The position numbers and the translations under genes are program-made. From Chiloscyllium plagiosum (lineage: Eukaryota), in contig NC_057719.1 in assembly GCF_004010195.1 (NCBI RefSeq), positions 40,649,073 through 40,683,255 on the forward strand: 34,183 bases of DNA, written 5' to 3'. Shown in pieces: positions 1-12,175 of the stretch; position 1 is the stretch's first letter, and the number at the start of each line of letters is the position of its first letter. The notes beneath the pieces are model-generated. The model saw only the letters and a program-made list of their open reading frames with translations. It was not told the origin of the DNA and did no database searches.

Positions 1-623
1 TGCTGAGTCTCAATACCCAATGTCGTCATTATCTTTACTGAAAGTAATCTTATACTCGGTGAGAGGACAAACAAGTTGCCTCCTCTCGGTCTCCTCCAAT
101 TCACAAATGCCCACCATTGAAATGAGGTTAAAGATGACTCCTCCAGTCAGTCCATTGTCCACAACAGTGGCAGATTTAAGGACAGCTATGGGCATTCTTG
201 GTTGGTGATCAATGTCTTTGTTGCTGAAATTGGCAATTTGCATAGGCACCCAACCCTTTCTTCCCATAGTGACAGGGTGGCTCCCAGAGTTACACCAAGT
301 GAAAGCTCTGCGACATGTGACATTTTAACAGGGATTGACATTGACTGGTTGGACACTGCTGGCTTGAGCTTCAGGAACAGTGATGGTACAGGCAAGTAAG
401 AGAACTGTTTAAATCCCTAATACTTGATCAATTCTAAAAGCCCTTACAGGTTGATACACCTTGAGTGCATAGAGCAAGATCAAAGACTCCTGTACATTGT
501 CTACCAGGCTTGTGATGTGCTGCTCATGACAGTCACCATATACGTTTTCCTAAGATGCCTGGATCTCTCTTATTATGTTTGAGTCCAACATCACAGGTAT
601 CCTCAACTTCCTTCTTTCCATTG
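1..623 (-). mobile_element. Degenerate Ty3/Gypsy LTR-retrotransposon pol fragment (protease end to pre-RT linker), truncated by a CR1 insertion
   Basis: Minus-strand frames read ...RIPVMLDSNII... (protease C-terminal-like), ...GWVPMQIANFSNKD... and ...LTEYKITFSKDNDDIGY, resembling the 'FS...D(L/I)G' segment just before Gypsy RT; frameshifted. Confidence 0.6.
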
Positions 624-2122
624 GAATTGTGGGAAGTTGGGGAAGAAATTGCAAGGTCTCTAGCAGAGATATTTATATCATCTATTACTACAGGTGAGGT
701 GCTAGAGGACAGGAGTGTGGCTAATGTTGTACCTTTATTTAAGAAAGGCTGTAAAGAGAAGCTTGGGAACAATGGACTTGTCAGTCTGACATCAATGGTA
801 AGTTGCTGCAGGGGATTATGAGAGATAGGACTTATAGGCATTTGGAGAGGCAAGGACTGATTAGGGATATCAGCATAGTTTTGTGTATGGGAAATAGTTT
901 CTCACACACTTGATTGAGTTTTTTGAGGACATAACCCAAAAGATTGAAGGGGCAGAGTGGTAGATGTTGTCTACTTGGACTTTAGTATAGCCTTTGACAA
1001 GGTTCCTTGTAGTAGACTAATTAATAAAGTTCAATCACATTGGATCCAAGGAGAGCTTGGGAATTAGATACAAAATTGGCTCCATGGTAGGAGAAAGCGG
1101 GTGGTAGTGGAGGGTTGTTTTTCAAACTGTGACTATTGGTGTTCCACAGGGATCAGTGTCGGGTGCAGTTTTGTTTATCCTTTATATAAACAATCTGGAT
1201 AAGAATTTATGAAGCCTGGCTACTAAATTTGAGGATAACACAAAAATTGGTAGTATGGTCAACAGTGAAGATGGTTATCTAAGATTACAATGGGAATCTT
1301 GATCAATTGGGCCTAAGGGCTGAGGAATGGCAAATAGAGTTTAATTTGGATAAATACGAGGTATTGCGTTTTGGTAAACAAGGCAGGACTTATATACAGT
1401 TAATAGTAGGGTCCTAAATAGTTCTGTCAAACAGTGAGACCTAGGGGTTTAAGTATATAGTCCTTTGAATGTTACATCACAAGGAGACAAGATGATTAAG
1501 AAAGTGTTTAGCATGCTTGCCTTCATTGCTCAAACTATTGAGTGTAGGAGTTGGGACGTCAGATTGAGGTTGTACAGGTCATTGGCGAGGCCACGTCTGG
1601 AGTACTGTGTACAGTTCTGGACAAGGAAGGCTATTATTAAATTGAGAGAGTTCAGAAAAGATTTGCCAGATATTGCTGAGACTGGAGGGCTGGACTCATA
1701 ATGATAGGCTGGATATCCTGTCACGTTTTTCATTGGAGCATAGGAGGTTGAGGAGTGATCTTATAGAGGTTTATAAAATCATGAGTGGCATAAATAAGGT
1801 GAATAACAAAGACCTACTTCCTAGGGTAGGGGAGTTAAAAACTAGAGGGCAAAGTTTTAAGGTGAAAGGAGAAAGATTTAAAGGGACCTGAGGGGCAACT
1901 TTTTCACACAGAGGGTTGTTTGTATGTGAAATGAACTGCCACAGGATGTGGTAGATGCAGTACAATTAAACATTTAAAGACATTTGGATAGGTACATAAA
2001 TAGGAAAGGTTTAGAGGGATATGGGCCAAATGCAGGCAAATGGGACTAGATTAGTTTGGGAAAGCTGGTCAGCATGGACGACTTTGACTAAAGGCTCTGT
2101 TTCTGTGCTCTATGATTCTATG
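624..2122 (+). mobile_element. CR1-clade LINE, 5'-truncated, decayed ORF2 (RT) and 3' tail
   Basis: ANVVPLFKKG, SLTS, LARPRLEYCVQFW, LRSDLIEVYKIM and KTRGQSFKV motifs with stops and frameshifts; ends in a ctatgattctatg tail. Confidence 0.95.
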
Positions 2123-2164
2123 GCACACAACTTAAACAGCTCAAGGAACATGGAAACTGGATCA

Positions 2165-2462
2165 TTCCAACTTATCACCACCTGACCTGTCTATCTTCCT
2201 TCCCACTTATCCACTCAACACTTCCTACCGACCTAACGCCATCACCTCCCATCTTTGTCTACCTATGGCCATCCCACCTACCTTTCTCCAGCTCCACACC
2301 TCCCCCATTTATTTCTTAGCCCTCTCTCCAGTCCTAAAGAAGAGTTAAGCCCAAAATGTCGATTCTCTTATGCCTCAGATGCTGCCTGACCTGCTGTGCT
2401 TTTCCCAGTGTCACACTTTATCAACTCTGACTCTCCAGCACCTGCAGTTCTCACTTTCTCCT
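2165..2462 (+). mobile_element. Penelope-like element 3' tail with decayed hammerhead motif
   Basis: C/T-rich tract, then gtcCTAAAGAagagttaagcccAAAAtgtcgatt (2331-2364, a mutated CTGANGA...GAAA core), then the cagatgctgcctgacctgctg...ccagcacctgcagt tail shared with other copies in the window. Confidence 0.7.
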
Positions 2463-3028
2463 AACTTCTGTCAGTACCTCAAAGATCCACTGCTCACCTC
2501 TTTGAATATCTGCTCAGCTTCCTAATATTTCCTGTCTTTCCAGTCTTCAGTCACCAGATTATCATGTATTTTTGGTCTTGTCCCAAATTTGTCCATTTTC
2601 CTACTCTAAGCATATAGAATATCTGACCTGGAGTACCGTTAGCCTCCTTCATAGCATCATGGGAATGTGCATGTGTAGCTTCTGTCTGGGTTTGCCCTAA
2701 ATGTCCTCTTCTCTTTGCAAATATCCAAATGTCCAATGATCCAAGAATAACTTTGGCCACTCTCACAGATGTTACCAGTTTCCCCTCCTCCTTCTTCTCC
2801 TATTCTTTGATATAAAGTAGGATAGGTGCAGCATAGTATTGAATAATCTCAAGCTTATGGAGGGTACAATGTTGGATACTAACCAGAGGGCTTTAGAATG
2901 TCAAGTGTTGAGGTAATAAAGGAAAAGATGCAAGTTTCAACTACAGAAAGGTTGAGACCCAAGTGGCTGTATAAGGTGGTAACTTGTAGAGTGATTACTC
3001 TCAAATGTACTACTCGAGACGATGTGTT

Positions 3029-3346
3029 AGAGTCATAGAGTCACACAGCATGGAGACAGGCCCTTTGGCCCAAAATGGTCCATGCCGACCAAAATGTCCA
3101 TCACACTGATTCCATTGCCCTGCACTTGGCCCATATCCTACTAAACCTTTCTTATCCATGTAGTAGTCTGAATGCCTTTTAAATATTGTTAATGTACCCG
3201 CCTCAACCACTTCCGCTGGCAGCTCATTCCATATGCGTGCCAACTTCTAGGTAAAAACGTTGCCCCTCAGGTTCCCTTTTACTCTTTCCCCTCTATCCTT
3301 AAACTGATGCCCTCTAGTCCTCGATGCCCTGACCTTGGGAAAAAGG
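3029..3346 (-). mobile_element. CR1 LINE 3' end
   Basis: Minus ORF RIWNELPAEVVEAGTLTIFKRH; tail agagtcatagagtc. Confidence 0.92.
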
Positions 3347-4536
3347 TTGGCAAGGTATTTGACAAGGACTGCATGAAAAGGAGGACCAATTTTGCCCTAC
3401 TTAAGTCCACAAAACCATACCTTAAGTAGTAGAATCATGAATGTGAACACAAGATCCTTTTCACTGAACACAGCTGCAATGGATATGATCAGGAAATTGA
3501 GCAAAGCCCTGTGTTTAATTAGTCATAACTGTACCTTTGTGTGTTTAAGGAATAAGCAAATTAAGTGTTTGGCCTGAAGTAATTCAGGTAAATGAGTATA
3601 TTTATCAAGGTGTACCTTTTTCAGGCTGTAGACTTGAAACATTTGGTTTATTTCTGAAAACAATTTTTAAAATAATCTCCTCAGTGCACTGCATCTTTAA
3701 GAGGTTGGATGAGATTAGCTTGACAGTTTTTCGTAAATCAGATGCACTGATAAATGTAGTACCCAGCTGATTTGTATCTCTCCTTATATCACTGGAAACT
3801 GAATGGGGAGGAGATGGGAATATGCTGACACAACTTCAATACAGAGGTTTGGTGCAGGGAAACATTGTTCTTATTTCCCTGACCTTGTCCCACGACCACT
3901 CCAATCTATATATATGGATCATGCAAAGTGAGGAGAGATATATGTGAGTTTTGAAGTACGCAAGTTATAAGTGGTATTTTGGAAGAAAAGCATCCAACAA
4001 AGATTATGAAGCTATAATTACAGAATGGTGGTGATATTCTTGGAAATTATTTGTTCACAAAGGTGCAAAGAGGTAGTTATCCCATTCAAATTCTTACCTG
4101 ATGCGATCTTCATACACAGTGCATTTCATTTTACATAACCATTAACTCTCTCTGTTTGAGTGATTTATAACCAGTGAGAGCAGTTAGCTACAGGCAGCAA
4201 ATCACCTCTTGATTCAAAAGTACAATGTTTGAAGGAATAAAGAAGTTGTTTAAACACATTGCATTGTCATGTCCATGAGGATGTTGCAAAATGTATTACA
4301 ACCAGTCTGGTACGTTTGTTGACCATTCACAAATACAGTCTCACAAACAGTAAACAAGGTGATGAGATAACATGAGTCTGCCTTTGGTGGCATGGTTAAA
4401 AATACAAGTACAATGATCGGCCATTCAGCCCCACTATTATGTACTTTCATGAAGTTCATGTTGATGTCATCATCATCTATATTTCCTGACGTACAATCAT
4501 ACTTCTTTGAATCTTTTCATGTACAACCCTAGATCC

Positions 4537-5145
4537 ATAGGAACATAGAAAGGTTACAGCACAAAAAGAGTCCATTCAGTCCATCATGTCTGTGTTAACT
4601 GAATAAACTAGTCACCTATTCTAATCCCACTTCCCAGCACCTGTTCTTGCAGGTGGCAATGCTTCAGATGCTGATGCAGATTTCTTTTAATTGAGTTGAG
4701 AAGTGAAAAGAGTTGAATAGTGTTCCCTCTAATCCTCTACCAATCTATGCCCTTGCTAGATTGCCAGGGGAAACAATTCTTCTCTGTCCACTCTATCCAA
4801 GCCCCTAATTATTTTGTACACCTCAAGTTAAGACTCCATTCAGCCCCCTCTGTGCTAAAGACACCAAATCTGAACAAATCTTTGTGCACAGCCTTAATTT
4901 TCAAATTTCTACCATTTGTACTCATGCATATAATGAATGGTTAGATAGTGATAGCTTCTAGAGCAGAGAATTACAAAGATTTATAATCTTCTGGGGGAAG
5001 AAATCCCATCACACTTCAATTCTCAATGGTCCACTCTCTATCCTGAGACTCTGCACCCTGTTCTACATTCTCCTGCCTGGGAAGATGTCTTCCCACCTAT
5101 CTTATTCAGAATAAGTTTCAATGAGATCACTCCTCATTCTTCTAA
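4537..5145 (-). mobile_element. Old CR1 3'-end fragments (probably two)
   Basis: cataggaacatagaa tail, then ccattcagtccatc and weak similarity to the other minus-strand CR1 3' regions. Confidence 0.6.
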
Positions 5146-5162
5146 ACTGAACAGTGTACAAT

Positions 5163-5236
5163 GGCATTGTGGCTCAGTGGTTAGCACTGCTACCTCACAG
5201 TGCCAAGGACCTGAGTTCAATTCCACCCTCAGACAA
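5163..5236 (+). mobile_element. tRNA-derived SINE head (HE1/V-SINE type), 3'-truncated
   Basis: A box TGGCTCAGTGG (5170-5180) and B box GAGTTCAATTCC (5213-5224); matches the head of the SINE at 27571-27915. Confidence 0.85.
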
Positions 5237-5659
5237 TGTCACTTAACCTGCCTTTATTGCTTTGCAATCTGCTCACAGCTTATTTTTCCACCTGGTTTTA
5301 CATTGTCAGAAAACAGGTATTTTACACTTAGTCACATCTTCTAAGTCATTGATATAGTTTGTAAATAGCTGAGGCCCAATTACTGATTTATGTGGCACCC
5401 ATCAATCACAAATCAGTCAGACTAAAAATGGCCCATTTACTGCTGCTCCAATGGTGCCTGCAGATAATTCATTGTTAAGGAAGTCAAGCAGCTCACCATC
5501 CACGGCAAGGGCACAGACAGTTGGATAACTAGCAGGATATTTGGTCATCATAGGTATTTGGTTTCTTTCGGTTCTGCAATCATTTGATTTCCCAAAATTC
5601 AAGTGATTTTTAAGTGGTATGGTTAAAGGAACAAGTTCAGAACAAGCAATGGAAGAATG

Positions 5660-6140
5660 TGGCATTCTGGGTCTTCAACTTGTGCACAAATATTAATGGG
5701 TTGTGGTCAGTATAGACTATGGTCTCTGCATCCATTTCAGACATATAACTCAAAGTATTTGACAGCCAGTAATAAACTGAGCGTTTCCTTCTCCGACTGT
5801 GGAGTAAGACTCCTGATGCTTGTTTTCTCTCTGATTGGTTACTCTGTCTGGATTCCGGAGAACAGCCCCTTCCCTTATGCCACTTCATCAGTGGCTACTT
5901 TAAATGCAAGTTTAAAATTTGGAGCTGTAGGCACAGGGTTGTTTGTTAAAGGGATCGTCAGCTTTTCAAAATTGGTTTGGCATTTCTCAGTTCATAATAC
6001 TTTTGCTTTTATTTTGTAGTAGATCTAAAGCTCAGCAGCTATACTGAAATTTGGGATAAACTTTCAAAAGAACCCACATTTTCCCAAAAATTGCATGATT
6101 TCCCACTTTGTGTGGGAATGGGGAACTGTCCTCCTATTTC
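5660..6140 (-). mobile_element. Degenerate Ty3/Gypsy pol fragment (RT thumb plus RNase H)
   Basis: Minus frames give EIMQFLGKCGFF*KFIPNFS (RT thumb), EKETLSLLLAVKYFELYV and IVYTDHNPLIFVHKLKTQN (RNase H TDH motif). Confidence 0.85.
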
Positions 6141-6162
6141 TACATTTGCAACCCTGAGCAGT

Positions 6163-8135
6163 ACATAGAACATAGAACATTACAATGCAGTACAGGCCCT
6201 TTGGCCCTCGGTGTTGTGCCGACCTGTCATACCAATCTGAAGCCCATCTAACCTACGCTATTTCATGTACGTCCATATGCTTGTCCAATGACAATTTAAA
6301 TGTATTTAAAGTTGGCGAATCTACTACCATTGCAGGCAAAGCATTCCATACCTTATTACTCTCTGAGTAAAGAAACTACCTCTGACATCTGTCCTATATC
6401 TATCACCCCTCAATTTAAAGATATGCCCCCCTTGTGCTCGTGTCATGTGAATCTCTGCTGGACACACTCCAGTGCCAGTATGTCCTTCCTGAGGTGTGGG
6501 GCCCAAAACTGAACACAGTATTCTAAATGGGGCCTAACTAGAGCTTTATAAAGTCTCAGTAGCACATCGCTGCTTTTACATTCCAACCCTCTTGAGATAA
6601 ATGACAATGTTACATTTGCTTTCTTAATCATGGACTCAACCTGCAAGTCAACCTTTAGAGAATCCTGGACCAGCACTCCCAGATCCCTTTGTACTTTGGT
6701 TCTATGAATTTTCTCACTGATTAGAAAATAGTCCATGCCTGTATTCTTTTTTCCAAAGTGCAAGACCTCACATTTACTCACATTGAATTTCATCAGCCAT
6801 TTCTTGGACCACTCTCCTAAACTGTCTAAATCTTCCTGCAGCCTTCCCACCTCCTCAGAACTACCTGCCTGTCCGCCTAACTTCGTATCATTGGCAAACT
6901 TTGCCAGAATGTCCCCAGTCCCTTCATCCAGATCATTAATATATAAAGTGAACAGCTGAGGCCCCAACACTGATCACTGCGGCACACCACTTGTCATTAG
7001 CTGCCATTCTGAAAAAGACCTTTTTATCCCAACTCTCTGCCTTCTGTCAGACAACCAATCCTCAATCCATGCCAGTAGCTCACCTTGAACACCATGGACT
7101 CCCACCTTACTCAGCAGCCTCCCGTGAGGCACTTTATCAAAGGCCTTGTGGAAGTCTAGGTTGATAATATCCATTGGGTTTCCCTGGTCTAACCTACTTG
7201 TTACTTTTCAAAGAATTCCAACAGGTTTGTCAGGCACAACCTCCCCTTACTAAATCCATGCTGACTTGTTGTAATCTGACCGTGCACTACCAAGAATTTA
7301 GAAATCTCATCCTTAACAATGGATTCTAGAATTTTACATACAATCGAGGTTAGGCTAATCGGCCTATAATTTTCCATCTTTTGTCTTGATCCTTTCTTGA
7401 ACAAGGGGATTACAACAGTGATTTTCCAATCATCTGGGACTTTCCCTGACTCCAGTGATCTTTGAAAGATTATAACCAATGCCTCCACTATTTCCTCAGC
7501 CACCTCCCTCAGAACTCTAGGATGTAGCCCATCCGGGCCAGGAGATCTATCAACATTTAGACTTTGAAGCTTTTCTAGCACTTACTCTTTTGTAATGGCT
7601 ACCATACTCAATTCTGCCCTTGACTCTCTTTAATTGTTGGGGTACTACTCTTGTCTTCCATTTATTAAGTTCTTCAGCTATTTCCTTATCTCCCATCACT
7701 AGCTTTCCAACATCAATTTGGAGTGGCCCAATTTCTACTTTTGCCGTTTGTTTCTTATGTATTGAAAGAAACTTTTGCTATTATTTCTAATATTACTGGC
7801 TAGCTTACCTTCGTATTTGATCCTCTCCTTCCTTATTTCTCTCTTTGTTATCCTCTGTTTGTTTTTGTAGTCTTCCCAATCTTCTGATTTCCCAGTGCTC
7901 TTGGCCACTTTATAGGCTCTCTCTTTTTCTATGATATATTTCCTGACTTCCTTTGTCAGCCATGGCTGTCTAATTCCCCCTGACCCCCCGAATAATCTTT
8001 CTTTTCTTTAGGATGAACCTCTGTACTGTGTCCTCAATTACACCCAGAAACTCCTGCATTGATTCTCTACTGTCTTCCCCACTAGGCTCTACTTCCAGTC
8101 AATTTTTGTCAGTTCATCTCTCATGCCCCTGTAAT
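6163..8135 (-). mobile_element. CR1 LINE, relatively young ORF2 fragment with an internal deletion or junction near 6440
   Basis: ORFs 7201-7581 (SPGPDGLHPRVL, NYRPISLTS, QHGF), 6974-7174 (DFHKAFDKVPH, SGVPQ) and 6443-6970 (LGPQLF, KFANDTKL, RPHLEYCVQFW); (catagaa)n tail at 6164-6180. Confidence 0.95.
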
Positions 8136-9357
8136 GACCTTTATATCAATTGCACGATTCATTTTATTGAGAATGTTCTGCACATTAAGATACAAGACCT
8201 TAGACTTTTTTACATTTTAAAATTTAGCTTACATTTCTGACTGTTTGATTCAAACTGTAAACACTGAACTATGTCAATACAAGAATCAGGCAAACCACTC
8301 ATTACAGACTGTTTGAAACATAGGCGGTATCTTACATTAAATTTGCATTGGTCAGCACTATAAATCAGCTGATGCCATCGTCAGCCAATTTTAAAGTCAA
8401 CAGCTCTGATGAGATTGGTATTGTGTCACAGCTGACATTGCAGAATGTCTGCCAACTTAGCTGCATTGCCATGTCAGTGAAGAGAGGACATGTTCATTCT
8501 ACCACAAGCTGTTTATTACAATAAATAGTATTTCATTCAACATGCTATCTGCTCACCAACGTAGGAGTGCACTGAAACAAGCAGTTACATTCAGCAGATT
8601 CACAATGAAACTGTTGGTGCGTTATGGCAGCAAGATGCTCCAGTAAGATGTCATGGTCAATAGTGGGGAAGGCCATTATTGTACTTACACAGCATTATGG
8701 TGACCACTCTCCAAATTTGTTCTGAATGCTTTAGGAATCAAAGATCCATCTCCAGGATTATATTACAAGCAAATGAGGAGAAACGCCTAAAGGATATTCA
8801 AAAATGTTAATTTTCTTTAGAATTTCATTTATTAATTAGAACAGTATTGGAGATGGAGAAATTGCTGTTCAACAAACAATTTGGATTAATTCAATTGTGT
8901 ATTGATGAATCTGCCCAGTTTCCAATTGAAAGGACTGCAGTATGCCCAGAGGATTGGCCATTGGCAGGAGTGTGGACGCTTTGCAGCAGATGAATGTGGG
9001 ATGATCTATCCAGAAACCATTCAGAGTTGGCAACCTCCATAGGATGCAGTATGTGACTGCCCATTGTGTTTTCAATACAATGGACAGGCAGGAACTATGA
9101 CTGGGAAATCTTCATCATGGAGTCATAGGCCAGATGAGAATGTATTCATAAAATAACAAAATGCTACAAATTCAATGACAGTGCCAATTTTTCAAACATC
9201 AAATGGGGACCCATGGTGTCCCACTCCAGAGGACAGTCATCTATTGCATTAGATCAGCGACTTAGGGTGCATGATGTAACTATTCAGGGAACCTGTTAAC
9301 ATTATAATAAAAGACAGGTAAATTCAATTGTCCATTGCAGTCTTAATGGACTTGATC

Positions 9358-10580
9358 ACATAGAACATAGAATATAGAACAATACAGTTTGGTACAGGCC
9401 CTTTGGCCTTCGATGTTGTGCTGACCTTTTATCCTACTCTAAGATAAGACACATTTTACAATCTTCCATGTGCCTATCCAAGGGTCACTTAAATGTTCTT
9501 GATGTATTTGACTCTACTACCACTTCTGGCAGTACATTCCATGCACCCATCACTCTCTGATGATCTCTGATATCTCCCCTAAACCTTCCCCCAATCACCT
9601 TAAAATTATGCTCCCTCGTGATAGCCATTTCGTCCTGGGAAAATGTCTCTGGCTATCCACTCTATCTATGCCTCTTATCATCTTGTACACCTCGCTCAAG
9701 TCACCTCTCATCCTTTTTCACTCCAGTGAGAGAAACCCTAGCTCCCTCAACCTTTCTTCATAAGACGTGCCCTCCAGTCTAGGCAGCCATCCTGGTAAAT
9801 CTCCTCTGCACACTCTCTAAAGCTTCTACATTCTTCCTATAATGAGATGACCAGAACTGAACACAATATTCCAAGTGTAGTCTAACCAGGGCTCTATAGA
9901 GCTGCAGCATAACCTCGTGGCTCTTAAACTCAATCCACCTGCTAATGAAAGCGAACACACCATATGCCTTCTTAACAACTTAGGTGACAACTTTGAGGGA
10001 TCTATGGATGTGGACCCCAAGATTCCTCTGTTCCTCCATATTGCCAAGAATCCTGCCTTTAACCCTGTAATCTGCATTCAAATTCAACCTTCAAAATGAA
10101 TCACTTCATACTTTTCCAGGTTGAACACTATCTACCACTTATCAGCCCAGCTCTGCATCCTGTCAATGTCCTTTTGCAAACTACAACAGCCCTCCACATT
10201 ATCCACAATTCCACTAACTTTCATGTCATCTGCAAACTTACTTATCCACCCTTCCACTTCCTCATCCAACGCTGAATACAATCTATCTACTACCACCCTC
10301 TGTCTTCTATGGGCCAGCCAATTCTGTGTCCAGACAGCCAATTTTTCCTGTATCTCACGCCTCCTTAATTTCTGAATGAGCCTACCATGGGGAACCTTAT
10401 GAAACTCGTTATTAAAATCCATGTTCACTACATTCACTGCTCTATCTTCATCAATGCCTTTTGTCACATCTTGAAAGAATTCATTTTGGCTTGTGAGGCA
10501 TGGCCTGCCCCTTACAAAGCCATGCTGACTATCTCTAATCAAGCTATGGTTTTCTAAATAATCATAAATCCTGTCTGTCA
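9358..10580 (-). mobile_element. CR1 LINE, 5'-truncated with internal deletions
   Basis: ORF 10132-10623 with IRDSQHGFVRGR, KVPHGRL and SKFADDMK; catagaacatagaa tail at about 9359. Confidence 0.95.
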
Positions 10581-10642
10581 CATATTCCATGATTGTCCCA
10601 ATGCCATTAGCAATCCCAAACAATTAGAATCACATTATCTGA

Positions 10643-10837
10643 CATGGTGTAGAGTTTCTGGATTAGTGGTGCTGGAAGAGCACAGCAGTTCAGGCAGCAT
10701 CCAAGAAGCTCCTCGGATGCTGCCTGAACTGCTGTGCTCTTCCAGCACCACTAATCCAGAATCTGGTTCAGCACCACTAATCCAGAATCTGGTTTCCAGC
10801 ATCTGCAGTCATTGTTTTTACCATGGTGTAGAGTTTC
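10643..10837 (+). mobile_element. Short Penelope-derived fold-back insertion with a perfect 16-bp TSD
   Basis: TSD catggtgtagagtttc at 10643-10658 and 10822-10837; perfect 47-bp inverted repeat 10656-10702/10715-10761; 26-bp tandem duplication 10743-10794; ccagcatctgcagt tail. Confidence 0.88.
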
Positions 10838-10904
10838 CCTGGCAGGATATCTGCTGTTTCTGGTAAACATAACATGTAAAACATTAACATCATTGACTTC
10901 AATG

Positions 10905-11050
10905 CCTGCCACACCTTCTGAGGAGGGATATACTTGCTAGAGAGGTATTGTATTGGAGGTTCACTAGGTCACCTCCTGACATGGTGAGGCCACCCAATGA
11001 AAAGACTGGGCATACATGTTCTGGAGTTTAGAAGAATGGAAGGTAATACT
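10905..11050 (+). mobile_element. Old CR1 fragment
   Basis: gagggatatacttgc...ggaggttcactagg...ctggagtttagaagaatg resembles the CR1 ORF2 C-terminal region. Confidence 0.55.
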
Positions 11051-11713
11051 TTCACTGTCTCCCCAACCAAGGAATCCACCCCCCCCATCCTCGACCTCCA
11101 CCACCATGTACAGGGCCCTAAGCAATATCAAACTCGTTCCTTTACTTTTGGCTTCATCTGTATTTAATCCTATATTTCCTTTCTTATCACTGCCTGCATC
11201 AAGACTTCAATAATACTGGAATTCTGGCAACAGATTATTTTTCTTGCAGTAATAGCTTTGTCATTCATCTTTCATTAAAGACAGTTCCTGTTTTACAAGT
11301 TGCAAACTACCTTCCAACCCCAATTATGAAACTGCCAATTAGGAAGAGTGACTACCTCATTGTGAGCTGGTATGAGCAAATTTAGTAGATGGTCCACCCA
11401 CTTCATGACAATATTTGGGAGCTATTTTTAAATTGTTCCACTTAAACTGTATAATAACTTCTTGCAAATACAAACTAAAACAATTAGGCAATGACTTGGT
11501 ATCATCAAGACCATCTGAAGAAGTAAAAAGAACAAACAAAGCTGACATGGCCCTGAGACTGGAATTATTTCTCTAAAGTACATGGTTTTCATTTCTGGAG
11601 TTTAGACACTCCAGAAGTTTTCACAGAAACATTCATGAACATGAGGGATCTAAGTGAAGTTGATAAGAAGAAACTATGTGGATGGCCACAAGGTACATTT
11701 TTAAGATGATAGA

Positions 11714-11940
11714 CAAATTAACCAATGGTAGGCAAACACAGCAAGCCAGGCAGTGTCAGGAGGTGGAGAAATCGATTTTTCGGGTGTGACTCCTCAGTCC
11801 TGAAGAAGGGTTACACTTGAAACGTTGACTTCACCACCTGATGCTGCCTGGACTGCTCTGTTCTTCCAGCCTCCTGCCTGTCTACCTTGGATTCCAGCAT
11901 CTGCAGTTTGTTTTTGTCTCTAACCAAGTTAGCCAATGGT
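11714..11940 (+). mobile_element. Penelope-derived fold-back insertion with a 16-bp TSD (2 mismatches), inside an old CR1 fragment
   Basis: TSD caaattaaccaatggt (11714-11729) and caagttagccaatggt (11925-11940); imperfect inverted arms about 11727-11797 and 11800-11886. Confidence 0.85.
11796..11830 (+). ncRNA. Minimal type I hammerhead ribozyme motif (Penelope-associated)
   Basis: agtc-CTGAAGA-a-gggt/tac/actt-GAAA-cgtt-gact: stem I agtc/gact, intact CUGANGA and GAAA, stem II kept with G-U pairs, palindromic ACGT stem III, GUU cleavage triplet. Activity untested. Confidence 0.65.
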
Positions 11941-12054
11941 GACATGCACTTTTAACCCAGAAAAGTGATATACTTCAATGAGGACTATTAAAGTTTGTAC
12001 AAATATGCAGGTGAAAGAGCAAATAAATGCCTTAATGTACAAAAATGGAATTTA

Positions 12055-12145
12055 CAAAATCAAAACTCTGTAAATGCTGGAAATCCAAATTTTAAACAGA
12101 GGAAGTGGGAAATACTTAGCAGTCAGCAGCATCTGTTGGAGATAT
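12055..12145 (-). mobile_element. Decayed Penelope-like tail
   Basis: tgtaaatgctggaaatc...cagcagcatctg is the reverse complement of the shared tail. Confidence 0.55.
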
Positions 12146-12175
12146 TTATCTGTTGATAATTTATTTGTATTGTTT

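Noticed and set aside
3350..4400. Exons of a neighbouring gene such as ASPG
   Set aside because: No splice-bounded frame with recognisable similarity; small exons cannot be excluded without a spliced alignment.
5163..5236. tRNA gene
   Set aside because: The A and B boxes belong to a SINE head also seen at 27850-27915; no complete cloverleaf or terminator.
1..6140. The two Gypsy fragments as one element
   Set aside because: On the minus strand RT/RNase H (6140-5660) would precede the protease region (623-1), which is the wrong order; no LTRs seen.
6443..7581. Functional reverse transcriptase gene
   Set aside because: Split by frameshifts, catalytic FADD changed to FAND, and 5'-truncated.
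10656..10761. Novel microRNA hairpin
   Set aside because: A perfect stem inside a TSD-flanked repeat is explained by the insertion mechanism; no expression evidence is available.
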